From Octopus bimaculoides (Eukaryota), in contig NC_068983.1 in NCBI RefSeq assembly GCF_001194135.2, positions 143,342,538 through 143,382,736 of the forward strand: 40,199 bases of DNA. The letters run 5' to 3'. The translations under genes were made by a program, and so were the position numbers. The notes under the pieces were generated by a model. It was not told where the DNA came from, made no database searches, and saw only the letters and a program-made list of their open reading frames with translations. Below, one piece after another: positions 11,031 to 23,945 of the stretch. How positions within the stretch are numbered: position 1 is the first letter of the stretch; the number at the start of each line of letters is the position of its first letter.

Positions 11031-12523
11031 TAAAAAAAAAAAGGGAAGACTAATAGAAATGTTTTAAAAAAAAGTGGCTATATTTTTGTTATCCTCTGAG
11101 CAGCCAATTTTACCTTATTGCATATATATGTTGTTTTTTTTTTTTTTGAAATTATTTGAATTTACTGTGTAAAGGAAGTGAAGAGTTGTATTTAGGATTT
11201 TAAGGAAGTTTTGCCAATTTTTAGAGTTCTGCTTACAGATTGTATTTGCAAAGTGTGCCAGCTGGTCATTTTCTTTGCTCGAAAACCCAGTTTTTCAAAA
11301 TCACCATTTAGATAATATCATGACTAAATGTGCTATTATAAGTTGAAATTTATAATCTGAATAGTAAAGTATTTTGAAAATGTTTACATCTGCAAAACAA
11401 ATGGCCTCTATAACCAAGTTTCCTTATTCCAAAAAAGTATACAAGACTTGAGTTTGCATCTGGAGAAAGTTTGATAGAAATGTTCTATCAATGTTCTTTG
11501 CATTGAAACATATATGCTCATCATAAATATTTTCTATATTTATCTCAAAGCAGTCTTTTTAAAGAAATTTTGTATATTGTTTTAACAGCAAAATATAATA
11601 TTTTGGAACACCTGCTGATCACATGTATAATATCCTCCACAGGAATGTGACAATATTCTCAATCACATCCTAGGTGTGGGGTTCTTGCTCTTGAATTACA
11701 AAGGCATAACCTTCAAAATATAATGGCCAAGACTACAAGAAATGCCTCACTTTCTATCAATAGCGACATCATCCTCAAGTTGTCAGAAAACACAGCCATA
11801 AAGAAATAGCAATGCATAACCTTTTTGAGAGTGGGTAGTGCTTCTCAATCAAGGGATTTTGATCAGGTACACTAGCCCCACAGTTCTGAAATTACACAAA
11901 ACATTGGGAAGTGATCTGGAAGATATTTGCTTTACTTTTGAGCTCTTGACTACTATTGCTTAGCAGTTGTGGTCTGAGTGATACCATACAATATTTGAAG
12001 GCTGCCTGTACTGATCATAAATAAGCCTCTCTTCCACCCCCTTTTATTCTCAGATGGTATCTTAATATCACTATTTTAGTGCAAGATTCCAGTTGATGTC
12101 AGAATCTTGTAGAATTTAATATTTGTGGTGCAGATTTCCTTTTTAGCTCTTTCAAATGTGGGTACCAGTACCCATACTAAAAATGCATTGAGGATAATTT
12201 CATATAAGAAGAAAATGACAAATTCTCGAAAGACTGATATAATAGCCTTTGGTCATTCATTTTGTTCCTAAAATCTTTATATCATACATTTTTGTCAATA
12301 CCTAAGTATTGTAGCACTCATTCTAAAGAACAGGGAGCTACAGGGACCCTTGTGTATGTATTTTCATGAATGGGTGTATGCATGTAAATATAAAACAAAT
12401 GTACATATTTCAAATAACTCTCTGCGTTTATATGTTAAGTTGTTTTGAATAACTCAAACTTTGCTTGACAGATGGCCAAATACACACACACACTTGATTT
12501 TACAGTTATTACCACTGTTTCAG

Positions 12524-12595
12524 CAAAATGGCTTCAGTTGGATGGCCTACAATATACTAGATTTTCAAGTGTCTTTATCTTCTGACATAATTAAG
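12524..12595 (+). CDS. candidate plus-strand 72-nt symmetric exon
   Basis: ACCACTGTTTCAG|..AAG|GTATTT; open frame QNGFSWMAYNILDFQVSLSSDIIK. Confidence 0.18.
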
Positions 12596-13131
12596 GTATT
12601 TGTGTGAAAGAATAAATATTTATCTCAATAGTTAAGCTAAAGTTAACATTTATGCAGGGAGCATGAAAAATGCTAACCATAAGTAACTATATAATCATGA
12701 AAATCTATTAATAAATGACTAATAATATTTCAATTATTTTATCAAGTATAAAAGACAACACTAGACATGCTTTTGGTCTCATTAGGATATTATTTTATCA
12801 CTAAAATAATACAATATTGTATTGTGTTACACTGATTCAGCTTGAGAATTACATTGAGTACACATGTCAGTAGAATACTCAGCCACATTAATTTAATTAG
12901 CCAGGCATTCAGTTGAATGTTCATTGTTGAAACCAAAGGACAATCCATCACATAACATAGTATACTGCTTGACATAGACATAAGTAGCATCAACGTTATC
13001 TATTATCTTCTATTAAGCCTTTCTTTGATCTGTTTCTAATGTGGGTACATTCCACAATAAAGTCACAGCAACTTTTAATCACTATTTATTAGTCCTTTTT
13101 TTTAGTGTACCACAAAGTATGCACCTTCAAA

Positions 13132-13261
13132 TTACAGCAGTTCATACTTAGTTGGTATCAACCTGTCAAACCTTTGATCAACTATATTAGTGATAGCCAA
13201 CAGAATTATTAGGAACACCAAGATGTAGTATACTGTTTGCACAACTACACTGATAGATATA
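13132..13261 (-). CDS. candidate terminal coding exon of an unidentified membrane protein
   Basis: Acceptor TTTAATCTATTTTTACATGCAG| opens the frame ISISVVVQTVYYILVFLIILLAITNIVDQRFDRLIPTKYELL* (one hydrophobic helix). AATAAA lies ~42 nt past the stop (plus-strand TTTATT at 13085-13090), followed by a GU/U-rich element. No homologue was recognised. Confidence 0.35.
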
Positions 13262-13479
13262 CTGCATGTAAAAATAGATTAAATTTCATTTTTTGAATAT
13301 TATTCTGTTTCCATTCTGCCTTTATACTAGGTGTAGGCTATCATAGGACTTAAGAAAACACATGTGACCTACATTTTAAAATTGATTAGGAGTTGCTTAA
13401 TAGTTTAGCTGCATAGAAGCTCAAAAATAAATTCCAAGCCTACTACTACTTCAAATGAAACGGTATTACTTATGATAAT

Positions 13480-13700
13480 AGTCATTTCTGGTTCGGGCAC
13501 AAGGCCAGCAATTTTTGAGAGGTTTAGTTGATATCAACCCAAGTGCTTGACTTGGTATTTTATCAACCCTGAAGGTATATAAAGTAAAATTGACCTCTGA
13601 GATTTGAACTCAGAATGTACAAACACAGAAATAATACTGCAAAGCATTTCTTCCAAAATTCCAACTATTCTGCCAACTTGTGTATTAATAATTTCTAAAA
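13480..13700 (-). mobile_element. family A SINE
   Basis: CACAAGGCCAGCAATTT..CTTGGTATTTTATCAACCCTGAAGG..TTGACCTCTGAGATTTGAACTCAGAATG. Confidence 0.85.
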
Positions 13701-16059
13701 CAGGCACAAAACCAGACATTTGAGAGGAGAAGTTGATTATAATGAACCCAGTATTAGGCTGATATATTATCCAATTGGCCCCAAGAGAATGAATCAGCCA
13801 ATCTACCTACTACTAAGAATGTCTTTTATTGATCACAAGGCCTTAAAAAAAAATCAAGAACAGTAGGAAATTTATACTGGGTAAAAGAACAAAATGAAAA
13901 ATAAGAAGGTCATTAATAAATATGTGATGTCCCCTAGTGCATGGATCCCCCAACTATGGATTTTTGGCAGCTACTTGAAACAGGATGAGTAACTATGTAC
14001 AAGGATCACTTAATACTCATATTTGTGTGAATTATTTTGGTTGCCTTCGTAGAATGAGCATTTGAAGCCTTTAATATATAGGTAAAAAAAGATAACTAAT
14101 ATGTTGTAGAAGTATCATAACAATTATAACCTTCAATATATGTGTACCTTACTAACTTCTAACAGTTTTTTTTACATTTTATCCTTACAAATCACCTTAT
14201 CTGGCAACTGTCACATATCTAGCTACTGCTCAACATTAGTAAATTAACAGTACAGCAATCTATTAAATAGCAACAAAGGTATTTTACAATATATGAGAAC
14301 TTTTCCCTGGATAATAACAGTTATGATGATAATGAATCAAGCTGGTTTTTAAATTTTTATTATGCCAAAAGGGAGTTTTTAATCACTACCACCGTCACTA
14401 CTACAGAAAATTTCAAAGTCAGTTAGCCTGGTAGAAATGGAAGTGAAATCTTTCTCAAATCATCTTTCCTGTTTTATGCTTTTAAGAGGAAAACATTAAA
14501 TAAGGTAGTCCTAGACACATTAACATCTGAATAAGAGATAGGCAGAAGATTGAATATGTTTAATCATAGGTCTGTCTGTTAGATCAAGGCTGACCTGTTG
14601 GTAAATAATTTACTAAAAATCTTATCTATGCAATAACTACTAATACTACTAACACTTACTATACAAAGAAATTTATTTACAAAAAGCTAGATTCTCCTAA
14701 TGCTTTTATCGCCACAACCACCCAAAGCAAAATCATATCTTTATACAAAAGATATATCCTCTTAATACTACAACTGTTGCAGCTGCCTCCATTAAATAAA
14801 ACAACTAAACAATACTACTAGTATTACAGCATTGTTATCTCCATTGCTAATAATAGTAGTAGTAATAGTAGTAGAAACAATGTTGCACCACAAGCCATAA
14901 GTTTCTTCAAACTACAACAATGAAACAATACATAAGCCTACATAAATGATAATACACAACAAAAACAACACTAACACAGACCACAAATCACCTCAAGTCT
15001 GTAACTATAACACTGCAATACAAAGCATTATGGTAAATAGGTTTCTGTGGCAGTTTCATCAGAAATAAAAGCATATAAAGCTTTAGGCATACAGTACGAA
15101 AGCTTGTTGATACTTGCACAAGGAGTTGGAATATATTCAGTAACTCTCTATATTTAATCAAGACTTTTCAAAATTCTTATGTCTTATTTCACCATAAGTG
15201 ATATTTCTCTACAAAATACCATCTTCTAGGCTGTTACATCTATGAAGGTAACACCAAAGTAGAGTTGCTTCACAAAGATGTTATTTCACATAAGGGTTCT
15301 GTTGTAAAGCAGTTTTTTGGCGACAGTTGTTACTCTGACAAATATTGCTATATTACAAGGTCATCGATAGAATGGGTCTATTTGGCACTGTACGACCCCC
15401 AGTCAGTGTTATTATCCTCAAAAGGTTGGCTCGTTATAACGTCCACTCAGTATCACAGTATAATTACTATATCAGCCCATCAACACAGTCCACCACTTGA
15501 CCTTCCTCTGTCAACTGGTAACTGGTCTAATGGCTGGCTACTACAACTTTTTACCAGGAGGGGTGTACTGTTTCACTATGCAACAGTTTCAGATATGGTT
15601 TAACAACCACATGGTTTCAGAATTGATCCCACTATAAAATATGCTGAGCAAGTGGTAGGGAAGCATCTGGCTGACCAATACCTTGGGAGTGGTATTCAAT
15701 AGATGGAAATTGCAAAGGATATAAATATTGGTGAAAAACCAGTGCTCTTTGGATGAAGTCCATCAAATTACAGACACTCCCTGTCACTGTCGTAATTTGA
15801 AATGCAGTGAACAAGTGACTAGCCCTTTCAGTGAGCAAATGACTAGCCTTTTGCTGGATACCTGTAACTAACAATGCTATTATTCATAAACTATATCAAA
15901 TAAATGATCAAAAACAGGTAAAGCAAAGGTTAGCAGTTTAATAACATCCCCTAAAGAAACAAGTTGAAGTTTTGAACTAAATCTAAAATCAGTGGTGAAC
16001 CTTTTTTCTAGAATTATAATTCAAAATATACTATATGCACAGAAATGGCTGTGTGGATA

Positions 16060-16540
16060 AGTCTGTTTACCAACCACATGGCTTCAGGTTCAGCCCTACA
16101 GCATGGTATTTTGGGCATCTTCTGCTATAGCTCCAGGCTGGCCAAAGCTTTGCCTTGTAGAAGTCATACATACATACACAAACACACACATATATACATG
16201 CAATATATATATACATATATATATACATGCAATAGATAGATAGATAGACAGACATACAAACACAGAAATATGTATGCATAAGCGAGTGTGTTTATGTCTC
16301 TTTGTTGCAATGTTATGCAATAGCAGTAAATGAGTGTCATTGCGATATAAGCAGCATCATTCATTTCCAATATTCTGTGAATTCATGCCTGGCCATGAGA
16401 AAATTTGACCTTGCTTGTAAACAGATGAGGGTTGGTGACAGGAAGGGCATCTGAGTGTAGAAAATCTGCTTCAATTCAATAAACATTTGTCCAACCCATA
16501 CAAGCATGAAAAAGTGGATGTTAAAAATGAGGATAATTTT
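16060..16540 (+). mobile_element. near full-length family B SINE (tRNA head, CORE-like part, internal microsatellite, RTE-like tail)
   Basis: ATGGCTGTGTGGATAAG (A box) and CAGGTTCAGCCC (B box), an internal (TACA/TA)n tract, body CATTCATTTCCAATATTCTGTG..GGTTGGTGACAGGAAGGGCATC, and tail CCAACCCATACAAGCATGAAAAAGTGGATGTTAAAAATG. Confidence 0.85.
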
Positions 16541-16958
16541 CACTCACATGTTCTGAAGCTCAAAACTTTACTAGAGGCAATTTTGCTTCTGCTTCAATAA
16601 AATTTTTACAAGAGTCAATTCAAATTTATAGTCTTGTATGAAAGTGAAAAGTAATTAATATCAAAAAGGTAACAGAATGTTAGAACATCAGATTTAAAGT
16701 TTTGCAGTATGTAATCCAAGTTTCTACAGATTCTAAGTTTAAATCATTCTAGGGGTCACCTTTGCCTTACATTCTTTTAGGTTGAAAAAAAAAATCTCCT
16801 AGTAAACACTAGAGTTGAACAATCAACTATAACCCTTTATTATAATTTTGTGACTATGTTCCAGATGTGAAAAAAATTGATAATTATAGTTTCCCATGTT
16901 GCAAATAATAATAATAATTAAAAAAATCAGCATTTCATTATTACTACTATTAATAAAA

Positions 16959-17153
16959 AAGGTGACGAGCTGGCCAAACTGTTAGCACACTGGTTGTCTA
17001 CCTCTACATTCTGAGTTCAAACTCTGTAGAGGTTGACTTCGCCTTTCATCCTTTTGAAGTCAGTAAAATAAGCACCAGTTGAGCACTGAGAGTGATTTAA
17101 TTGACTAGCCTCCTCCCCACAAATTTCAGGCCTTGTGCCTATAGTAGAAAGGA

Positions 17154-17187
<34 letters not shown>

Positions 17188-17830
17188 GGTGGCAAGCTGG
17201 CAGAGTCGTCAGCATGCCGGACAAAATGCTTAGCAGTGTTTTGCCCATCGCTATATTCTGAGTTCAAATTCCACTGAGGTTGACTTTACTTTTCATCTTT
17301 TCAGGGTCAATAAATGAAGTACCAGTTCAACACTGGAGTTGATGTAATCGACTCATCCCCTCCCCTAAAATAGCTGACCCTGTGGCAAAATTTGAAACCA
17401 TTATTATTAATATAATAAAGGCAGCAAGTTGACATGAAAAAAAATCATTACAACATTGGACAAAATGTCATACTGTATTTTTCTTGCGTTTTGCACTCTG
17501 GGTTCAAATACTGTCAAAGTCACCTTTGCTTTTCAGCCTTTTGTGATCCATAAAATTAAGTACCAGTCAAATACTGGAGTTGATGAAATCAGCCAACCCC
17601 TTCACTCCCACCCCACTCCTGAAAATTGCTGGCATAGAGTCTAAATCAGAAACCATTTCTCATTACAATACCAGACTCCATACATACAAATCATCATCAA
17701 TTGTTTTAAATATTTTTCTCTTTCTCTGTTCCAAGTTCAAATACTTTTACATTAGCTTTGTTGACCATTCTACCTTGGTCAATAAAACAAGTTCCAGTCT
17801 TAATCTGAGATTTATGCCAATTAATATTCT
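16959..17830 (+). mobile_element. head-to-tail array of family A SINEs (three near full-length copies, one partial)
   Basis: Heads at ~16959 (AAGGTGACGAGCTGGC), ~17187 (AAGGTGGCAAGCTGGC) and ~17417 (AAGGCAGCAAG). Each has the GAGTTCAAA/GGTTCAAA..GCCTTTCATCC..AAGTACCAGT core; they are separated by (ATT)n tails. Confidence 0.9.
17155..17186. repeat. (ATT)n SINE-tail microsatellite
   Basis: Seen directly between two SINE copies. Confidence 0.95.
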
Positions 17831-18671
17831 TGCCCTTTAATAATTGATGTACATAAGAAAGCAATCAGAGTTGCAATTACTATGACAACAATACTACTAT
17901 TACAAAGACAAGTGAGCTACATGCAGTGATAAATACTTGTCAAACCAAATCAATGGTATTGCTTTGTTCTCCAGTCAAACCCCATCCACTGCATTAATAC
18001 ATTGTTAATAACCTTGGGAATGGCATGAATGGTACCACTTCCAAGTGAAAAAAGATTCTCATTTTTGTGCTTATATAAGAAAAACAATATCATTACAACA
18101 TTGCAATTTTTTTTATTACAGTTTTAACAAAGTTAGTCATTATCTTAAAGCTTCAAATGTTCAAATTTTAAATAGACAATTATTTTGTTAATAACTGACA
18201 CATGCATATACTTAGATATCATTATTGAAAACTTGAAGTATTTCTTAATACATTAATGTTTTGTTAGAAAGTATCATCAAAGCCTCTAATTTATATTCTA
18301 GTATATCTTAGATTTTATATATATAATTTAGAAGGAAATTTCTTTCCCTTTAAGAGCCATTAAACTGAAAAAAGCAGAACAGAAAACGAAAAATGTTGAG
18401 TTTGGAATGGATCTACCATAATTAATTAGATACAGACTATCTCAGCTTCATATCTTCCTATATAGCCAACTATCTAAACCAAACTTTTAATTATCTGCAT
18501 AAGAACCAAAATATTGTTAATTATTAGTATTTACTATTGCTGTTTTATTATGGTTATTGATATTTGTAATCAGCTTGGGATGGTTGAATGAGTTGGCATG
18601 GTGTCATAGAAGTTGTCTTTGCCAGAGATAATTACACCTGTGTCCTTAGCCAAGATGCTTTTTGTACTTAC

Positions 18672-18720
18672 TTCCTGACATTAAATATGCTTATGCCCCA
18701 ACATAGGAAAAACAAATGTT
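18672..18720 (-). CDS. candidate internal exon (phase 1 to 2)
   Basis: CAATTTTTAG|..|GTAAGTAC with a strong donor; open frame xHLFFLCWGISIFNVR(N), phase-compatible with 13132-13261. Confidence 0.3.
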
Positions 18721-18829
18721 CTAAAAATTGCTTGTTTTTACAAGCAAGAAATTTACATAGTTTGTCTCCAAATGAGTGAATATATTTGATGTTTTTATAT
18801 CTTCAGACTTAAAATAGAGATAATTCTTT

Positions 18830-19990
18830 CTAATTTTGACACAAGGTCAGCAATTTTTGAGGGGAAGTCAATTATATCGATCCCAGTGCTTGACTGCTAC
18901 TTATTGTATCAACCTCAAAAGGATGAAAAGCAAAGCTGACCTCAGCAGAATTTGAGCTCAGAATGTCAAAAGCTGGAGGAAATGCCAATAAGTATTTCAT
19001 CCAGTGCAGCTAGCCACCTTTTTATCACTAATAATAATTTTTGATGTAGATACAAGGCTAAATACTTTTGGTAGGAAGGTTGGAGCGAATTAGATTGACT
19101 CCATTCAGAATTTGACTGGTACTTATTTTATCCACTCTGGAAAAGATGAAACATAGATGGCTTTGATGGGATTTGAACTCAGAATGTAAAAACATGACTA
19201 AATATTGATTTATTATACAGACACAAAGCCAGAAATTCATGTTGACCTCCATTACTTTACTGTCTTTTAGTTTAGTGAACTCTGAAATATGAATAACAAA
19301 ATTCAACCTCAGCAGAATTTTAACTCAGAATATAAAGTAACAAAACTAAATTTTAGTCCAGCACTAAAACTAAATTTAGTCCAGCACCCAAATGATTGTG
19401 TCAATTCGTTGCCCTTTAATTATAACTTCTAATAAACAAAATTTTGTGAGAGAATCTAGTCAAATTGACTACAGCATTTCACTGGTTCTTTATTTTATCA
19501 ACACCAGAATAATGAAAGGTAGAACTGAACTCGGTGGAATCTGAAATATAAATGTAAAGAGAGCTAATGAAATAGAAAACCTTTTATCTGGTGCTGTAGA
19601 AGACTCTACCAGTCCCCTGTCCTCTTACTATTATAGACATTGACATTCCAGTAGTAATAGAAAGTATCAAATAAAAAACATTTGAAGTAAAATACCTACA
19701 ACTTTATCAAAAGGAGCTGTATTGAACTTGATCATGCATTCATCTAAGTATCATCAATCAGAGCAGTTTGATATACCAACAGAGATTGGAAAGGCACATA
19801 ACCACATATAGTGAAGAGAGAAGACAGTGTATAATTTAATTTTTGCATAAGAAGTAACAAGACATCAAAATTTATTATAGTGATAGAAGTATAACTGATT
19901 ACATTAACCCCAGTACTTGCTAGCTATTTATTAACTTAGAAGGACGAGAGGTAGATTTGACTTCAGCAGATTTTAATTAAGAACATGGTA
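18830..19990 (-). mobile_element. cluster of at least five family A SINE copies or fragments
   Basis: Reverse-core blocks near 18835-19025, 19060-19240, 19290-19400, 19440-19620 and 19890-19990. Confidence 0.8.
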
Positions 19991-20059
19991 AGTCATGATT
20001 AAATGATTTGTGTATTTAGTTGTAGCTCACTCAGTATAAGACTACCAGATCTTTTACAC

Positions 20060-20485
20060 AGGCACAGACTTAGCTGTGTGGTTAAGAAGCTCACTTCAGT
20101 CATGTGGTTTCAGGTTCAGTCCTATTGTGTGCCACACTGGCAAACACAAGGTTATCTACTATAGCCCTGAGTTAACCACTGCCTTATAAGTAGATTTGGT
20201 AGGTGGAAACTAAAAAATGTGTGTGTGTGTGTGTGTATGTTGGTAGTGGGTCAGGGGACATGCATGTGTGTTTGCATCTCCTTGCCTTGACAATTGTGTG
20301 ATACTTGTAAATGAGTGCCACTGTCATACAAGCAGTGTCATTCATTTCCAATATTCTGTGAAAACATGTGAGGTCATGGGAAAATTTTACCTTGCTTGAA
20401 AACAGATGAGAGTTGGTGACAGGAAGAGCATCCAGCTGTAGAAACAAATGCCATTTGACCTATGCAAGTATGGAAAAGCAGTTAT

Positions 20486-20505
<20 letters not shown>
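20060..20505 (+). mobile_element. near full-length family B SINE
   Basis: AGCTGTGTGGTTAAGAAGC..CAGGTTCAGTCC head, (TG)n, the same body as 16060-16540, GGAAGAGCATCCAGCTGTAGAAAC, and a (GAT)n tail. Confidence 0.9.
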
Positions 20506-20517
<12 letters not shown>

Positions 20518-20544
20518 GTGTGCACGTGTGTCTTCTTTTTCTTA

Positions 20545-20715
20545 CATTGATTAACTGGTGTTGGTTTGTTCACATGCCCATAATTTAGCAGTTCAGCAAA
20601 AGAGACTTACAGAATAAGACTTAAAAATAAGTAATGGGGTTGATTTGTGTAACTAAAACTTGCAAGGCAGTACCTCAGCATGGCTGCATTTCAATGATTG
20701 AAATAAGTAAAATTT
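20545..20715. mobile_element. probable SINE fragment of a further family
   Basis: TGGTGTTGGTTTGTTCAC..CAGTTCAGCAAAAGAGAC..GGGGTTGATTTG..CTCAGCATGGCTGCA resembles a recalled octopus repeat; no database check was made. Confidence 0.5.
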
Positions 20716-21966
20716 TCTGATGGAACTAAAGAAATATTTCCGGATTATCCTTCTTCAGGCACAATGGTGCCTAAAATTCTGAATAATCCCATTGAGATAT
20801 GAAACAATTATTTATGTAGCAATTAATAATTCACACCAGATCTTTTTTTTTTTTTTTTTTTTTTTTTCTTGTTAATGACTAGAGACTAGTGAGATCATTA
20901 AGGTTAGAAATTTAGTGAGAGAAGAATGATCAATTATATTGACAAGTACTTATTTCATCAGCCCCGAAAATGAAAGATAAAAATTGAACCTCAGTAGGAT
21001 TTGAGCTCAGTGCAAGAGTAAATCATTTCAGTTCATTGCTATTACAATTTTACAAGTCAATAAAAATTGTTGTCGTGTGATATATTTTCCCCTCCCAGTA
21101 GAACTGCCCCAGATTTATGTGCAGCATTTATTAAATATTCACCTGGCATTTACTGATTACAAATTGTATCACATTTCTGCTTTGAAAAAAAAAAAAAAGG
21201 AAAAGGTATAAGTGGTTTTGACTGCATTTTCTGATATCATAATTGTTTCAACAAGTAATTTTATCTATAATAATAATATTACTTTCTCCTTTGTAATGAT
21301 AGTCTTGTCTTTACACCTAATTATGCACTTGAACAATTGTAGTTAATGGCTATTGCTTGATTTATAATCACGTTTCAATAAATATGGGTTATCACATTTC
21401 ATTATATTCCTTGAAAGTATTCAAGTTGTTCTTAGGGGGTGGACTTAATTTGTGGCTCAGTTAAAGATTATCACATGGTTCTTGGTACTTTTAGGAGTCT
21501 GAAGTGTTGCAAACACTTGAATTAGGACTGTTCTGAAGATAATTGTGTCTTATTCTATCACTAGTCTTGAAGGACCAGAAAAGATCATAGGTCCTTCATG
21601 TCTTCCTTTAACCTACTACAAAATAAAAACAACCACCTCTAATACCAACAAAACATACTATATAAGTTTTTAATACAGACATGTCACAAATACTATGGAA
21701 AGGAAGGGGGTTGATGAAATCAACCCCAATACTAGGGTCTTATTTTATTGACTGTGAAAAGTTGAAAGGTAATGTTTACTCTGGTGGAATATGATGAACA
21801 TTAATGGATAGAACAAAATACAAGGTATTTTGTTTAATATTCTACCAATTCTACCATGTAACACCTGCAACAAGGAGACAACATACATTAAAATTAAGAG
21901 GATCTTTACTCATACCAAGGATATAACCTCACTAGTGCAGATTCCACAATAACATGCTGCTAACAT

Positions 21967-21999
<33 letters not shown>
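21967..21999. repeat. (CA)n microsatellite
   Basis: Seen directly. Confidence 1.
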
Positions 22000-22002
<3 letters not shown>

Positions 22003-23099
22003 AGGAAGGATTTTAAATCAGAACAAGGCAACAAAAGTAAATATATAAATAAAACAAACCACTACTCAATATCCCTTTTATATTAAAAGTGAACAAAAAA
22101 AACTATGAGCTAATGAGAAAGCATCTACACCAGACACAGACAGCCTTTTACAAGATGTGGGCTGCATGAGACATGGCTCATTACAAGGCAGGCAACAATA
22201 CTTAAAATTTTTCTTTAGGTATGTCATTCAGAAAGTCACAAAGGCCATAGTTTGCCTATGACTGATCTGTGTTTACTAGACTTAGTAAAAGCAGCAGCCA
22301 AATCTCATTGAATTTGCCATCCTACTGTCTTAAGTACATAATGCAGACAATATACCACTAAAAAAAAAAAAAAAACAGCAAACAGGATGGTCTCAAAAGC
22401 AGTGCAAAACATTTAATCAAAGGGAAAGATTTTTCTAATCTTAACAATAAGAAAAATAATGATAACAATATCTGGTAATGCCCAAAGGGTCACACATTTT
22501 AGAGGAGAAGTAATATTATTCAAATAACCCTAATATGAGTAGTACTGTATAAATTCCAGAGTAATTAAAATAGGCAACCTTTATGGAAACTGAATTCACA
22601 AAGTAAAGGATTTACATTCATACCAAATAACAATAACAGGCATAAAAGTCACATGATTTGTGGGTGGGATTTAGTCAGTTGTTGGAGTAGGGGCAGAGAT
22701 AGAGTCAATTTGGAAGAAGAGATGCAAGTCAATTTTGTCGGGTCATGGATATGGCAATCTTTTTAGTAGGGAGAGCAGGGGTAGAACTAATCCAGGGGTA
22801 GGGATACAGACACAGAATAGGAAGGTTTATAGTCAATTTTAGGATATTTGAACTCTGAAACCAAATATTACAAGGACAATTTATTAATGATAGAATCATA
22901 GTGTTTGAGAAAATGCTTCGTCATATTTTATATATCTCAACACTCAAACTGAAAGAAAGAACATTAAAAAAAACTATCCTTCTCTTTCAATTTTATACTG
23001 ACTGATATAGTAACTTTTGCTGAAAGATAATTAAGGATATAGGCATGATAATTCATTGCACAAGTATGAAAAACTGAGACCATATAATAATTTCTAACA

Positions 23100-23460
23100 T
23101 AAATACTAGGTTACACAAATGTGATGTTGGTGGAGAGTATATAGTCAATTCAATCAATCTCAGTACTTAACTGGTAGATATTTTATCAATACAGAATGAA
23201 TGAAAGGCCAAGTCAACCAGTGGGATTTGAATACAGAATGTAAAGCTGCAATTAATCCTTGTAAAACATCTTGCATAGTGATCTAGCAATTCGTAGTCTT
23301 AACATAAGGTTTTTCACATTTGCATACCTCAGAGCAAATTTTAAGAGGAGGAGCTGTATAACCCATTGAATAAATCCCAATATATTGAGGATACATATTT
23401 TATCAACCAAAGAGAGATGAAAGGCAGAGTTGATTCCTTTGGGATCTCATCATTGCTTTA
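23100..23460 (-). mobile_element. family A SINE copies, degenerate
   Basis: CTGGTAGATATTTTATCAATACAGAATGAATGAAAGGCCAAGTCAACC..GATTTGAATACAGAATG, with a second core at ~23380-23450. Confidence 0.7.
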
Positions 23461-23569
23461 TTATATTGGCTGCCATCATTTAGAGAAGAATGGTTTCTTT
23501 ATTAACCACAAGAGCTTGCTTTATAATACAAAGCAGGTCATACAAAAGTGTTACAAAACATGAGGCAAT

Positions 23570-23945
23570 CATCATCAACATTGTGTTAATGTCCACTTTT
23601 CCAAGCTCAAATGGGCATGAAGAAATTTGTTGAGGCATTTTTTCCACAGCTAGATGCTCTTTCTGTAACCAACTCTCACCTGTTTCCAAGTAAGGTAATA
23701 TTTCCCTATGGCTGGTCAGGTTTTCACGGAACATTGGAAAAGAAAACTTCTTGTGAGACAGTAACACTTGTTTACAACAATCATGCAATGTTAAACACAC
23801 ACAAGCTTTTTTTATTTACCATTTAACAAATTTACTTGCAAAGTTTTGGTCAGCCTGGTGCTCTATTAGAAGACACTAACTCAAAGTGTCACACAGAGGG
23901 ACTGAAACTGGAAGCAAGCTTCTCAACTACAGTCATGCCTGTGCC
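23570..23945 (-). mobile_element. family B SINE
   Basis: (CAT)n..TTAATGTCCACTTTTCC..AGCTAGATGCTCTTTCTGTAACCAACTCTCACCTGTTTCCAAG..AGAAGACAC..GGGACTGAAAC..GCAAGCTTCTCAAC is the reverse complement of the 20060 copy. Confidence 0.85.

Noticed and set aside
10991-11061. 30-bp direct repeat around 10 N
   Set aside because: It is an assembly overlap artefact, not a biological duplication.
15632-15874. Minus-strand 80-aa ORF with plausible splice sites
   Set aside because: Its 3' part overlaps a SINE remnant, its peptide repeat comes from a 24-bp DNA duplication, and its phase does not fit the terminal exon.
16060-16110. tRNA-like A/B boxes (also at 20070, 9460 and 5040-5105)
   Set aside because: These are SINE heads; there is no intact cloverleaf or acceptor stem, so they are not called as tRNA genes.
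16959-17830. Regularly repeated units resembling a CRISPR array
   Set aside because: Units are ~200 bp diverged SINEs with A/B boxes and microsatellite tails; there are no unique spacers, no cas genes, and the context is eukaryotic.
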